From NCBI GenBank assembly GCA_965248755.1, contig OZ252149.1:2784001-2848000 (forward strand): a DNA stretch of 64,000 bases, read 5' to 3'. Positions 49,034 to 58,881 of the stretch are shown here, in pieces. The number at the start of each line of letters is the position of its first letter. Within the stretch, counting starts at the first letter, position 1. A program made the position numbers and the translations under genes. The notes below the pieces were generated by a model that saw only the letters and a program-made list of their open reading frames with translations, was not told where the DNA came from and did not search any database. Source of the DNA: Candidatus Latescibacterota bacterium. GTDB taxonomy: Bacteria; Latescibacterota; CBDEFO01.

Positions 49034-51658
49034 TTGTTAGGGCGCAAGGGCGGCTCTCAATTTGAGGAGATCGAAGAGTACAGGGATCTTCTGCACCCTC
49101 CCGAGCAGTTCGAGGAGGGTTTCACTATAAGGACTATTATAGGGGCGCTGTTCATCTCTGTAATTATGGTCCCCGGCAATATGTATTTGGACTTGATGAT
49201 CGGAGGAGGAATAGGTGCTGCGGCTCAGTGGGTGACGATCATCCTCTTTATGGAGATCGCTAAGAGGTCGTTTGTGACGATGAAAAAGCAGGAGATTTAC
49301 CTGCTTTTATATGTGTCCAGCGCTTTAGTGGCGGCAGAGACAGGGATGTTTGAAGGTCTTATATGGAGCCAGTATTTCGTGCAATCTCCTGCGGCACAAC
49401 AGTTCGGCATAGCCGAACTTATCCCCCATTGGGTGTCTCCTCAACCTGAATCTGAGGCGATAATAAACAGGACGTTTCTCCATAAGGATTGGCTGTATGC
49501 TATTATACTTTTGGTTTTAGGTACTGTGTTTGGAAAGTTAGCGTGGTTTACGGGGGGCTATGTGCTCTTTAGAGTTACGTCCGATTACGAAAGATTACCC
49601 TATCCCTTCGCTCCGATTGCAGCCCACGGGGCGATGGCTCTGGCGGAGGAGAGCAGCGGCCAGGAGACCTGGAGATGGAGACTCTTTTCGGTCGGAGCCG
49701 TAATAGGGATGGTATGGGGCGTCTTATATGTAGGGGTTCCCACTATCACGGGCGCACTGGCGGCCGAGCCTATTCAGCTGATTCCGATTCCGTTCTGGGA
49801 TGTCACGCAGTACACGGGATATTTTCTCCCTGCGGCGCCTATGGGAATTACGCTCCATCTGGGGCCTATCTTCGCGGGATTGGTGGCTCCTTACTGGGGC
49901 ATAATAGGATCGGTCATAGGGGCGGTATTTTATACAGTGGCGAACCCTATTTTGTATCACAACGGCTATCTGCCGAGCTGGTTTTTAGGGATGGATACGA
50001 TTCAGACCCAGATGGTTATTACGATAGATTTTTGGATGAGCTTTTCTATCGGAATAACCTTGACGCTTGCGGTTATAGGTTTCTACCAGCTATTTGTAGG
50101 GGTGAAGACGAAAAAGGAGGAGGAAACCAAGTCCCCAGAGGCCAAAAGGACGATGGCACCACCCCCAGGGAGAGGAGATTTCAGGATTTGGGTATGCCTC
50201 TTGGTCTTCGGGATAGCCAGCCTTTACGGGATTGTCCTTGCCAAGGTCTTATTTCCGGATCTCGTCGATACGAGGCTCCTTATGTTCTTGATCTTCTTCG
50301 GTTTCGTCTATACTCCGGTGATGTCGTGGATAAACGCTCGCCTGATCGGCATGGTGGGTCAGACTGTGTCCTTGCCTTACGTGAGGGAGGCGACCATATT
50401 TTTGAGCGGCTTCAGGGGCATAGAAATATGGTACGTGCCGTTTCCACTGGGAGATTACGGAAGTCAGGCGTCCAAGTTCAGGGAGATCGAACTTACGGGA
50501 TTGAAATTTACAAGCATAGTAAAGGCTGAGATTTTTATGGTGCCTCTTGTGTTCATCATGAGCTTTCTGTACTGGTCTTATATATGGAAGTTATCCCCGA
50601 TCCCCTCAGCGACGTATCCTTACGCTCAGAAGATGTGGCCCTTGAGGGCATTTCAGTCGTGCATATTTCTTACAAGCACTATAAGGGGTGAACCTAACGT
50701 CGAAGAGGACCAGAATGACAAGGGCTCGTGGAGCACTCCCAATCTGATTGACGGCTATTGGTGGTTCTGGAGAGTTAGGGCAACGTACGACGTGGATGTT
50801 GAGGATCCTGACCAAAGAAGATATGGGGAGTGGTCAGAAGTTGGCCATTTCTACACGGATTTCGAAGGCCTGGGTCTGCCGTCTATTCCGCTTCCGAGGA
50901 TTCCGGAGAAAGTTCGCGGTGAGGAACCAGAAGAAGGAACGCCTCCTGCGCCTGTGATAGTAAGTCCCCAAGACGGTGTGATGGTGAACTCGCCGACGGT
51001 CAATTTGACCATTCTTCCACCAGAAGGGTATGAAGGAGAGGTGACCTACGACGTTGAAGATTTCGGTCCAGGAATTTCATCCAAGTTAAAGGGGGTTTTG
51101 AAAGGCCGAAACCTGATGATGGTCTTTGCTTCTTCAGATCCAGAAGAGTCGCACGAGAAAGTTCCTGTTGAAACACCAGATATGGAGGATCTTATAGCTC
51201 AGATGGATGAGGAGTTAAAAGAGGCATCAGTTGTAGAGGGCGGACGACTTATAGCTTACCTCCAGTTTGAAGTGGACCAGGTACCGACATTCGATGGCAC
51301 TGACCATCAGACTTCGGACGACAAACCCCTCTTTTTCAAAGCGATAAAGCCAGAGGTGATAGGAGTCGGGTTTTTAACCTCGCTATTATCCTTTGTCACA
51401 CTGTCCGTCTTAGGCCTTCCGATCCTTCTGATCTTCGGCTTTGTGCATGGTATGATTTCTCTTCCGCATTTCATACTACCGTCAATAATCGGAGCGTTGC
51501 TGGCGAAGTACTATTTCTGGCCGAAGTATGGGAAAAAGCAGTGGAGGCTATACGCCACTGTGCTGACTGTGGGCTTTGGCGTGGGGATGTCTTTGATGGG
51601 TATGGCGTCGGTGGCGATTTCGATAATTCAAAAGTCCGTCACGACGATACTCTTTTGA
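49034..51658 (+). CDS. OPT-superfamily-like integral membrane protein with a soluble insert
   Basis: Many TM helices; EEGFTIRTIIGALF, ERLPYPFAPIAA and SATYPYAQKMW motifs. Confidence 0.78.
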   Translation: MLGRKGGSQFEEIEEYRDLLHPPEQFEEGFTIRTIIGALFISVIMVPGNMYLDLMIGGGIGAAAQWVTIILFMEIAKRSFVTMKKQEIYLLLYVSSALVAAETGMFEGLIWSQYFVQSPAAQQFGIAELIPHWVSPQPESEAIINRTFLHKDWLYAIILLVLGTVFGKLAWFTGGYVLFRVTSDYERLPYPFAPIAAHGAMALAEESSGQETWRWRLFSVGAVIGMVWGVLYVGVPTITGALAAEPIQLIPIPFWDVTQYTGYFLPAAPMGITLHLGPIFAGLVAPYWGIIGSVIGAVFYTVANPILYHNGYLPSWFLGMDTIQTQMVITIDFWMSFSIGITLTLAVIGFYQLFVGVKTKKEEETKSPEAKRTMAPPPGRGDFRIWVCLLVFGIASLYGIVLAKVLFPDLVDTRLLMFLIFFGFVYTPVMSWINARLIGMVGQTVSLPYVREATIFLSGFRGIEIWYVPFPLGDYGSQASKFREIELTGLKFTSIVKAEIFMVPLVFIMSFLYWSYIWKLSPIPSATYPYAQKMWPLRAFQSCIFLTSTIRGEPNVEEDQNDKGSWSTPNLIDGYWWFWRVRATYDVDVEDPDQRRYGEWSEVGHFYTDFEGLGLPSIPLPRIPEKVRGEEPEEGTPPAPVIVSPQDGVMVNSPTVNLTILPPEGYEGEVTYDVEDFGPGISSKLKGVLKGRNLMMVFASSDPEESHEKVPVETPDMEDLIAQMDEELKEASVVEGGRLIAYLQFEVDQVPTFDGTDHQTSDDKPLFFKAIKPEVIGVGFLTSLLSFVTLSVLGLPILLIFGFVHGMISLPHFILPSIIGALLAKYYFWPKYGKKQWRLYATVLTVGFGVGMSLMGMASVAISIIQKSVTTILF

Positions 51659-51702
51659 TTAAGTAAAGAGCTGTTGACATCATCCACAAGACAACGAAAA
51701 GC

Positions 51703-51755
51703 AGTAGAGGCGACCACTTCGTGGCTTGTTACCTCCATTCCCTGACAATGCACGG
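51703..51755. repeat. Dispersed repeat family C (core CAAGCCACGAAGTG)
   Basis: Inverted relative to copies at about 34540-34579, 43044-43098 and 59772-59806. Confidence 0.65.
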
Positions 51756-51825
51756 AGTGCCGGGTTTCCTCGCCTAATCGCTCGATTTCCGCTCTCCTTT
51801 AGAGTATCAAAGATATGGCGAAAGA

Positions 51826-52080
51826 CTACTTGAATCTGCGTTTGACGACCTCTCTGAAGTCCTCATAAGGTCTTACCGGAAGTATTTCATCAAATCCGAG
51901 ATAGTGCGCCTGAGGCAATGCTGCCATCAGTACCTGATCCAATTAGTCGTGAGAATCTGCGTTTACGACTTCGCTGACGACTCTCTGTCATTAGACCTTG
52001 TAGATCCTATCTGCCTTGACTGCTACGTTCGTACCTAATGCTGCTTCCTTTCCCTATCTGATTTTGAGAAAGTAGCGGGA
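51826..52080 (-). pseudogene. Muconolactone delta-isomerase-like pseudogene
   Basis: YFLKIR*GKEAALG...IYKV**QRVVSEVVNADSHD*LDQVLMAALPQAHYLGFDEILPVRPYEDF, with four internal stops in one frame. Confidence 0.5.
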
Positions 52081-52325
52081 TATTTCATATCTCTCTGCCT
52101 CGGTTATCCGATTCGGACAAATGTTTGGCAATATAGGCAGAATCTGTCTCTTGTCGAGTAAAATCTGCTCTGATTGGGCTTTCAGTTCACCAAGAGTAAC
52201 CTCGAGTTACCACAGTCGATACTAAGAGTGCTTCGCTTTGCTCGCAATGACGTTGCCCACTTTTAGTTATTTCGATCTGTCAGAGCCCCAAGCAAACTGA
52301 AACTACTTGAGTATACCAAGGAACA

Positions 52326-53606
52326 ATGGATTTAAGGAGAATAATAATAGTTCTGGGTGCTTTGATGCAGCTCGGCTTCTCCTATATCGCTCTTGCAGGA
52401 GATCTCAGGACTAATATACCCAATTTCTGGGCCGCAATTTTCCCCCTATTTATCGTCTATCTTGTCGCTATATGGGTTGTCAAGCGCAGTGAACATGAGG
52501 AGAAAGCTCTCTTTTCTATAGTGATCTTTGCCGTGATTTTCAGACTTACTTTGATCTTTACGACTCCGTCGCTGTCGGACGATATATACCGATATTTGTG
52601 GGACGGAAGGACCCAACTAAACGGGATAAATCCTTATAAATATCCGCCAGGCGCTCAAGAAGTAGCTCATCTAAGAGATGAGTACTATCCCTATATCAAT
52701 CAAAAACATATCTCCACAATATATCCGCCCCTTTCACAGGCACTCTTCCTTGTGTCCTATTATGTAAGTCCTACGATAACGGGGATGAAGTTTGTATTTG
52801 TCCTCTTCGATCTTTTAACAATAGGGATTCTTCTGCTTTTGCTAAGAAGACTCGGACTTAATCTCAACTATTCTATCGTCTATGCGTGGAGCCCACTTGT
52901 GATAGTGGAGACGGCGTCGAGCGGGCACAATGAGGCATTGGCAGTATTTCTTTTACTTCTTGCTATCTATCTTATAGACAAAAAGAGTGATATGTGGTCA
53001 TTTGGAGTTTTGTCTTTATCCTTTCTGTCCAAGTTTTTAGCTTTTATATTGTTGCCGTTTTTTGTAGTCAAGGTTAGGAAGAAATGGGCTCTCTTTCTTT
53101 TCCCTCTGATGGCTGTGATAGGGTATTTGCCTTACGCAGATGCGGGAAAGCGGCTCCTTTACGGACTCGGCGTCTACACTTTGAAGTGGAGGTTTAACGA
53201 TTCCCTCTTTTCGATCATATATCATTACGCAGGTTCGTTAGATTTGTCGAAAGGAATCGTAGCTGGGGTCTTCATAGTGTACATGGCATATCTGGTGCTA
53301 AGGCAGGTCGATCCTCTAAAGGCTGGGTTTCATCTTGTGGGGCTCACGCTGGTGTTGACTACTACTCTTCATCCCTGGTATTTGATCTGGATGGTACCGT
53401 TCTTATGTTTCTATCACAGCGGGGCGTGGATACTCCTATCAGGTAGTATTCTTCTATCGTATCAGGTTCATACTAATTATGCAAACAGGGGCGTCTGGGA
53501 TACTTCCGATTGGGTCGTATGGGCCGAGTACGTTCCGTTCTACAGTCTGCTTGTGTCTTCTATAATTAACTCGATATACACAAGATATAAGTACAAGCTA
53601 AGGTAA
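52326..53606 (+). CDS. GT-C membrane glycosyltransferase (GT87/DUF2029-like)
   Basis: LSDDIYRYLWDG, TIYPP, YAWSP, GHNE and HPWY motifs; many TM helices. Confidence 0.85.
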   Translation: MDLRRIIIVLGALMQLGFSYIALAGDLRTNIPNFWAAIFPLFIVYLVAIWVVKRSEHEEKALFSIVIFAVIFRLTLIFTTPSLSDDIYRYLWDGRTQLNGINPYKYPPGAQEVAHLRDEYYPYINQKHISTIYPPLSQALFLVSYYVSPTITGMKFVFVLFDLLTIGILLLLLRRLGLNLNYSIVYAWSPLVIVETASSGHNEALAVFLLLLAIYLIDKKSDMWSFGVLSLSFLSKFLAFILLPFFVVKVRKKWALFLFPLMAVIGYLPYADAGKRLLYGLGVYTLKWRFNDSLFSIIYHYAGSLDLSKGIVAGVFIVYMAYLVLRQVDPLKAGFHLVGLTLVLTTTLHPWYLIWMVPFLCFYHSGAWILLSGSILLSYQVHTNYANRGVWDTSDWVVWAEYVPFYSLLVSSIINSIYTRYKYKLR

Positions 53607-53623
53607 ATGCCTATACACTGCTA

Positions 53624-53674
53624 TTTGTGAACATAATCTTTTTGTGAGCATAATCTTTTTGTGAGCATAATCTT
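53624..53674. repeat. 17-bp tandem repeat TTTGTGA(A/G)CATAATCTT x3
   Basis: Copies at 53624, 53641 and 53658, between convergent genes. Confidence 0.92.
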
Positions 53675-53788
53675 TTCCTGCTGCTGAACGAAACCTACCC
53701 CAAGCCCAGCTTGGTCGCTTACAGATACCATTCTTAAGCCAATTCCCTGACCAGCTCTTTAAATGATCCATAAAATGTCTCGTCTCCA

Positions 53789-55006
53789 TTACTGTCCGGC
53801 CACAAAGGGAGTGCGGGGGAAAGACATCAGCAGTTCTGGGCCTCCCTCGGTCACATGACACACATCTCCGAGCGGAACGAACATCTTTCCCGAGTCGGGC
53901 AAGGAGAAGATGGCGTGAACGACGGCGGTTGCACCAGCCTTGAGGACTGTCTGGTTACTTTCAGTCATGTTCTGAAGTTCACTGTAGTCCAATCCGATGC
54001 CGTGTCCTATGCGACCTCCTTGGATTTCCCAACCATGTTCTGCCGCCTTTTCTCTGATCGCCGCGGCGATGTGACCCACCGGCCAACCAGGTTTCATTAC
54101 TGTAAGACCTGCTTCCTGGGCCTCTCGCGTAATCTTGCAGATGTGTTCTAACTCTGTACAGGGCCTCTGAAGCACCCCCGTGCGTTGGCCGTGACACCAA
54201 TAGCCCTTGTAAACAACGTAGGAACAGGCCGCCATCAGGTCTCCTTCCTCCAACACGCGCATATGGGGTTTCAGTTCAAGCTTTACATTCGACCAGTCGG
54301 GTGGTGGACCTGAAGCCAACCAATACTTGGCGTGATCGGCACCCTCTCTCCGGATTACTCTTTCCATTTCTGCAACTATCTCAATGCCTTGAAGACCCGG
54401 CTCGGCTATCTTGAGCATCGTCTCGAAACCCAGGTCGCTCAGACGTGCTGCGTGCCTCATCATTTCGACTTCATCGGGGCTCTTGGCGTATCGCAGTTCC
54501 GCAACAATATCCTTTACGGATTTGAACCTTTCGCCCAGACCTTCGCATAGGCTTTGATGGAAAAAGAAGGACATGTTTTCAATACCAACGACCCCAATAT
54601 TCTTTCCTCCAAGTCCGTTATCTTGAAGAATTGCCAGTGCTTCCTCGGCAAAACTGCCAAGAGCGTCGCCTTTTTTCGGATCAACAGCTACGGCACCGGG
54701 GTCAACAGCTCGCACCAGGCGCACATCATCAAGCGGCGAGACCTCTAAGGCTAATTCACGCATGTAGGGCATCCCTGAAAAAAGCAGGGCTGGAGCACCC
54801 TGGAGAGGGACGACAACCGCCGAATCCACAATGCGGTCATGATCCGCCCATCCGGAAAGATAAGACACATGGCTTGTCTGTCCCCACTTGTGCTCCATTG
54901 GCGGCGAATATACAAATAGAGCACCTAGATCTTCTTCCTCTAAGAATTCTTGAATCTTTCCAAATCGAAGCTGACAAGTCTCATTTGAAATTCTCTCAGT
55001 CGTCAT
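53789..55006 (-). CDS. M24/creatinase-fold hydrolase
   Basis: Creatinase N-domain, LRYAKSPDEV and GHGIGL motifs. Confidence 0.85.
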   Translation of the reverse strand: MTTERISNETCQLRFGKIQEFLEEEDLGALFVYSPPMEHKWGQTSHVSYLSGWADHDRIVDSAVVVPLQGAPALLFSGMPYMRELALEVSPLDDVRLVRAVDPGAVAVDPKKGDALGSFAEEALAILQDNGLGGKNIGVVGIENMSFFFHQSLCEGLGERFKSVKDIVAELRYAKSPDEVEMMRHAARLSDLGFETMLKIAEPGLQGIEIVAEMERVIRREGADHAKYWLASGPPPDWSNVKLELKPHMRVLEEGDLMAACSYVVYKGYWCHGQRTGVLQRPCTELEHICKITREAQEAGLTVMKPGWPVGHIAAAIREKAAEHGWEIQGGRIGHGIGLDYSELQNMTESNQTVLKAGATAVVHAIFSLPDSGKMFVPLGDVCHVTEGGPELLMSFPRTPFVAGQ

Positions 55007-55329
55007 GAAACCTCCTCCTCGCTATTAGATGTTCTATGTCCTTCTGCGTCAAATTAAATGCATTCGTGGTGGTTAGGTCAAACCGTTTTCAGCCAGGTTG
55101 TGGCGATTCCCATAATGTGCTCACCGCTTGGAGTTAGATCTTGTCAACTGTCGATACTTCAAAGTTGATCTTGAGCCGCAGGTTCTTATGAGCCGTTGCA
55201 AGGTGGGTTGTCGGGCATTATAGAGGCCTTTCTCTACTCTACGAACTGCCGATGCCGCCAGAGGTGGTCTGGTCGACGCGCCTAAGTAACGAAGCCGCAA
55301 GCCGGGTATTGATTAGCGAGGGGGAGCAT

Positions 55330-56049
55330 TTATTCTTCGAGAATTTCCGAAAGGTTTCTGATGATTCGGTCAGGGTGCACTTGGGTCGCATCAGGCAAGC
55401 CTTTGCCCGCAAAGTCTACCCAAATAGCGAAAATCCCCAGGCGCTGGGGACCCTTCACATCCCAGTCCAGATTATCCCCGATCATCCACGTATCCTCTGG
55501 TTCTACGTTGAGTCGATCCAGACTATGCACGTAAACCCGTTCATCGGGTTTGCCGACACCAAATTCATCTTCGACAAGGATGTAATCAAAGAGGTTGGCC
55601 AGTCCGAACTTCTCTATCTTTCTCCGCTGTCCCTCGGCGTTTCCATTTGTGATAAGCGCCAGGTGGATACCTTTTCCCCGGAGTCGGTGTAGGGCTTCGA
55701 TGGCTCCGGGAAATGGCTGGACTGTTTCCTCTCTTTTGGAGGTGTACGAGTCTGCTATTTCGTTCGCCAAAGTTCCGTAATTTATCTTCAAACGATGAAA
55801 GCCACCAGCGACGATTTCTCGCCGCGCCATCCCTAAGTTCAGGCGCCCCCTACGATGACGTTCGGGATTCTGCCAGAACCAGGTACGGCTTTGCCTGATG
55901 GCTTCGAATAGAGCTTCGGCCTTAAGTCCTTCTACTCTAAACGCAAATTTCTCACAGATTTTTCGCCAAGTCGGCTCTGCGCTCTCGGAGAACGCCAAAA
56001 TTGTATCGTCCAGATCAAATAGAATGGCTTTTGGTAGACTATTTTTCAC
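55330..56049 (-). CDS. HAD family hydrolase
   Basis: FDLDDT, ITNG, KPD and GDNLDWD motifs. Confidence 0.92.
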   Translation of the reverse strand: MKNSLPKAILFDLDDTILAFSESAEPTWRKICEKFAFRVEGLKAEALFEAIRQSRTWFWQNPERHRRGRLNLGMARREIVAGGFHRLKINYGTLANEIADSYTSKREETVQPFPGAIEALHRLRGKGIHLALITNGNAEGQRRKIEKFGLANLFDYILVEDEFGVGKPDERVYVHSLDRLNVEPEDTWMIGDNLDWDVKGPQRLGIFAIWVDFAGKGLPDATQVHPDRIIRNLSEILEE

Positions 56050-56333
56050 TGATTATCTCGACTTCAAAGAAATGTCCGAAGGATATCCTGGCTCCACCCA
56101 TTATATCTAACGTCTTAGTATGTGCTAACCCAGTGCTGTTGATTGGGCTTAGGAAGGCACGCGCCGTGTTGTTTGTAATCAGAGCAGCCGAATGGGAGCG
56201 GACACAGGCCTTTCTGTTCTTGTGATTGCTCCCATCCCCAAGAAGAAGACAGCTATCTAGATCCGAAAGACTCCAAGCCTTTCGAGGTATGAGTGATCCA
56301 CCAAGTCATTTATATCCCCTAAATTGCATGAGG

Positions 56334-57077
56334 CTATGAGCTTTTCTTATCCTTCTCGGCGGCGTATGCATGTCCGCCGAAGATCGCTCTGATCTCTGCC
56401 GCCGTTTTAGCATTTTTCAATGCATTAATTCGGGGTTCTTCTTCTTCTTTCAGCGCTCGAACATTGGTAAGAACAGCCTCGAGCTTGTCGGCTGGAAACT
56501 TGCAGGCGCCATTTTCGTCCATGTGGATAATCTCACCGGGAGCAACATCCATGCCTGCCACTGTGACTGGAACATTTACCGCATGGACGCCCATGTCTCC
56601 GTGTCCTGCCGTGACACCGCTCAGCATATACTGAAACTTCATGGGACGTATCTCATCTATGTCCCGTGAAGGACCGTTGGATATGGCACCAACACAGCTT
56701 ATGGCTTTCAAAGCAGCCGTCATATTCCCACCAGACAGTCCCACCTTATCTGCGATCTCCGGTGGAAACTTCTGCTGAAAGACCAGAATGGATGGTCTCT
56801 TTGATGCTTCCAATCCGTCGATCACATCCATAAAGGACAGGCGTGAGTAATTTGGATCGGGCAATCCATATACACATGTTACGGCATATCCAACGGTTCT
56901 ACCCAATTCGGGATAAATACAGCGGATGGATTGGTCAGTGTACCAGTTCTCTGTCCAGGGATTGTAAAGTCCAAGACAAAGAGGGTTATTGGGATAGGTG
57001 GCGACGACGTTGGTAATTGACGGTGTATCGTGGTTTCGCAATTCCTCTAACATTTCCTGTTCGGTTAGTTTTGCCAT
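56334..57077 (-). CDS. RraA-like / HMG aldolase family protein
   Basis: DTPSITN, VGYAVT, GPSRD and PGEIIHMDENG motifs; start placed at MAKL after AGGAGGAG. Confidence 0.85.
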   Translation of the reverse strand: MAKLTEQEMLEELRNHDTPSITNVVATYPNNPLCLGLYNPWTENWYTDQSIRCIYPELGRTVGYAVTCVYGLPDPNYSRLSFMDVIDGLEASKRPSILVFQQKFPPEIADKVGLSGGNMTAALKAISCVGAISNGPSRDIDEIRPMKFQYMLSGVTAGHGDMGVHAVNVPVTVAGMDVAPGEIIHMDENGACKFPADKLEAVLTNVRALKEEEEPRINALKNAKTAAEIRAIFGGHAYAAEKDKKSS

Positions 57078-57631
57078 TGGTCTCCTCCTTATATAAGATT
57101 CCAGAATCAAAGCCATATCCTACCCAATGGGTACAGAAATCAGGTGGATGAACCAAGCTGCTTCCATGGTCCCCTTTGTTTTGTCTGTTTGCCAATTCCC
57201 AGATCACTGCCCGCCATCTGTTCTGCTCCTTCGACAGGGAGAGCAGGTCCCTCATTTTTCAGGAGGAACAGTCTCCTTTCTGCTGCCCTGGGGCGACTTC
57301 TGTATCTTCACATCACGCAGTAGGCTAAGATATGAAAGGAAATAGTGGATGTCAATAGGAATTATGGCTGACCGCAAGAAGCTCAGAATTCAGATGCGTC
57401 TGACGTTAGTTATCTTTATTACATGTGTGTCTGAGGAACTTCTTACACATAATTGTCCTTCTCTTAAGGGCAATTCGTGTTCATATTAAAAGAGAGCGGG
57501 GGAGAAAGTCTGTTCTGCATTAGATATCTCTGTAGGTGAGCTGTTTGACACGATAAAGGCAGAATAGATCAGGGGAGAATACGAGGGTATGGAGGCGATT
57601 CGGAAAGTTTCGGAGAGTTCACCACATCCTC

Positions 57632-58399
57632 CTATACTTTTTCGGCTACCATCCATTGCATGGCGCGATGTGGCACGATTCTCTTGAAGGGGAGCTTGCC
57701 TGGTTCTGCCAAGTAGCAGACTATCTCACCCGAAGTTGATGGCCGCATCATCGCCAGGTGAAGACCGTCATTCCAGGTAAATGGCCACTTGGGTGCCCCC
57801 ACCAGTACCAGGTCGCAATTAGATAGCACGTGGCCTTGCTGGATGATCGGCTGCATCGTCGTCAAAAAAGATATGTGATTTGGACCCAGGGCATGGTCGT
57901 CTGCCAGACCGAAAAGTTGTCTGATGCCGACCCGAATAGTGCGTCCCTGCCTCACAAGTTCTTTGAGTGCCTCCAGGTCTCCGAAAATAGGCTGGCCCTC
58001 GGCATCGTTTTCGTAAACCAGACTGAAGCGATCACAGACGAACCACCGATAGATGCCGTAGGGATAGGTATTGCTTTCATCAAGTACCTTATCACCGAGC
58101 ATCCACTTGATATGTGAAAAGGTTCCCGAGCTGTCGTACTTGAACAGACTGATATAGGGTTGTTGCGCAATCTCGCCTCGGTGGGTGTAGGAGTGGTGGT
58201 GACTCATCAGGCCGGCAAAGTCATCGCCCTCTCCGGCATAGGTCTGTTGAAAATACAGCGTCTCCTCATAAGTTTTTGTCGTCATATAGAGACGAAGGTC
58301 AGAGCCACGCCGTACGGCGCTGGCGACTTCTATGGTACTCCCACGAGTAACAGAGAGATCGGTCTGCTGTTCCAGTGCAAGAATCCAATCATTTCCCAT
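57632..58399 (-). CDS. Hypothetical protein with an internal two-fold repeat
   Basis: 255-aa ORF with a GGAGAGG RBS; no family recognised. Confidence 0.72.
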   Translation of the reverse strand: MGNDWILALEQQTDLSVTRGSTIEVASAVRRGSDLRLYMTTKTYEETLYFQQTYAGEGDDFAGLMSHHHSYTHRGEIAQQPYISLFKYDSSGTFSHIKWMLGDKVLDESNTYPYGIYRWFVCDRFSLVYENDAEGQPIFGDLEALKELVRQGRTIRVGIRQLFGLADDHALGPNHISFLTTMQPIIQQGHVLSNCDLVLVGAPKWPFTWNDGLHLAMMRPSTSGEIVCYLAEPGKLPFKRIVPHRAMQWMVAEKV

Positions 58400-58484
58400 T
58401 GTGCCTCTCCAGAATATGTAGACGTAGTGGTATCTCCTGAGGTTGCTTCTGCACGCTGTGAGCGCTTTCCTGTGGAGGTGGAAG

Positions 58485-58527
58485 CAGCACAGCACGAGGC
58501 GCCGCCCTTCGTGCTGTGCTGTTAGGG
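58485..58527. other. Strong hairpin CAGCACAGCACGA/TCGTGCTGTGCTG ending in GTTAGGG (attC-like or regulatory)
   Basis: 13-bp perfect stem; the minus strand begins with CCCTAAC. Confidence 0.5.
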
Positions 58528-58881
58528 AGGGAAGGTAGATGCAGCAAAGTACGAATTGTCTGCTTTACTGAGGTGGCAGCAAGGCACGAACTGGGCAAGG
58601 AATCACACTTGTGTTGCCTCTCCCTGTGTGCTCCATGCTAAATCTAACTCTATAGTCTTGTAAAGACTATTTTGACCTGATTTGTGACTACCTTTGGACA
58701 AAATCACTTGCTTTATTATCTTTCCTTTTGTATATTGATCTTGACAAAAGTCCAAACCACTTCACGGTTTCTTGCCGAAGCCGGCCCATTCCGCCCCTGA
58801 AGGACGGTAGTGAGCAACTTGAGAGGTTTCTTTGTTGTATGTTTGGATGCAAAGTCATCTTTTTAGTTTTAGGAGAAAGAA

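Noticed and set aside
48897..49040. 47-aa ORF between the permease and OPT-like genes
   Set aside because: No clear RBS and no recognisable similarity; cannot be supported, though not excluded.
49675..50529. 284-aa alternative-frame ORF inside the OPT-like gene
   Set aside because: Its Arg/Gly-rich composition is typical of an off-frame read of a membrane protein gene.
57160..57300. Possible glycine riboswitch upstream of the RraA-like gene (GGAGAC...GTCGAAGGAGCA on the minus strand)
   Set aside because: The conserved CTCTCAGG element is missing; an Rfam scan would be needed.
58765..58830. Possible riboswitch in the GC-rich leader of the 58882 gene
   Set aside because: No known aptamer consensus could be matched by eye.
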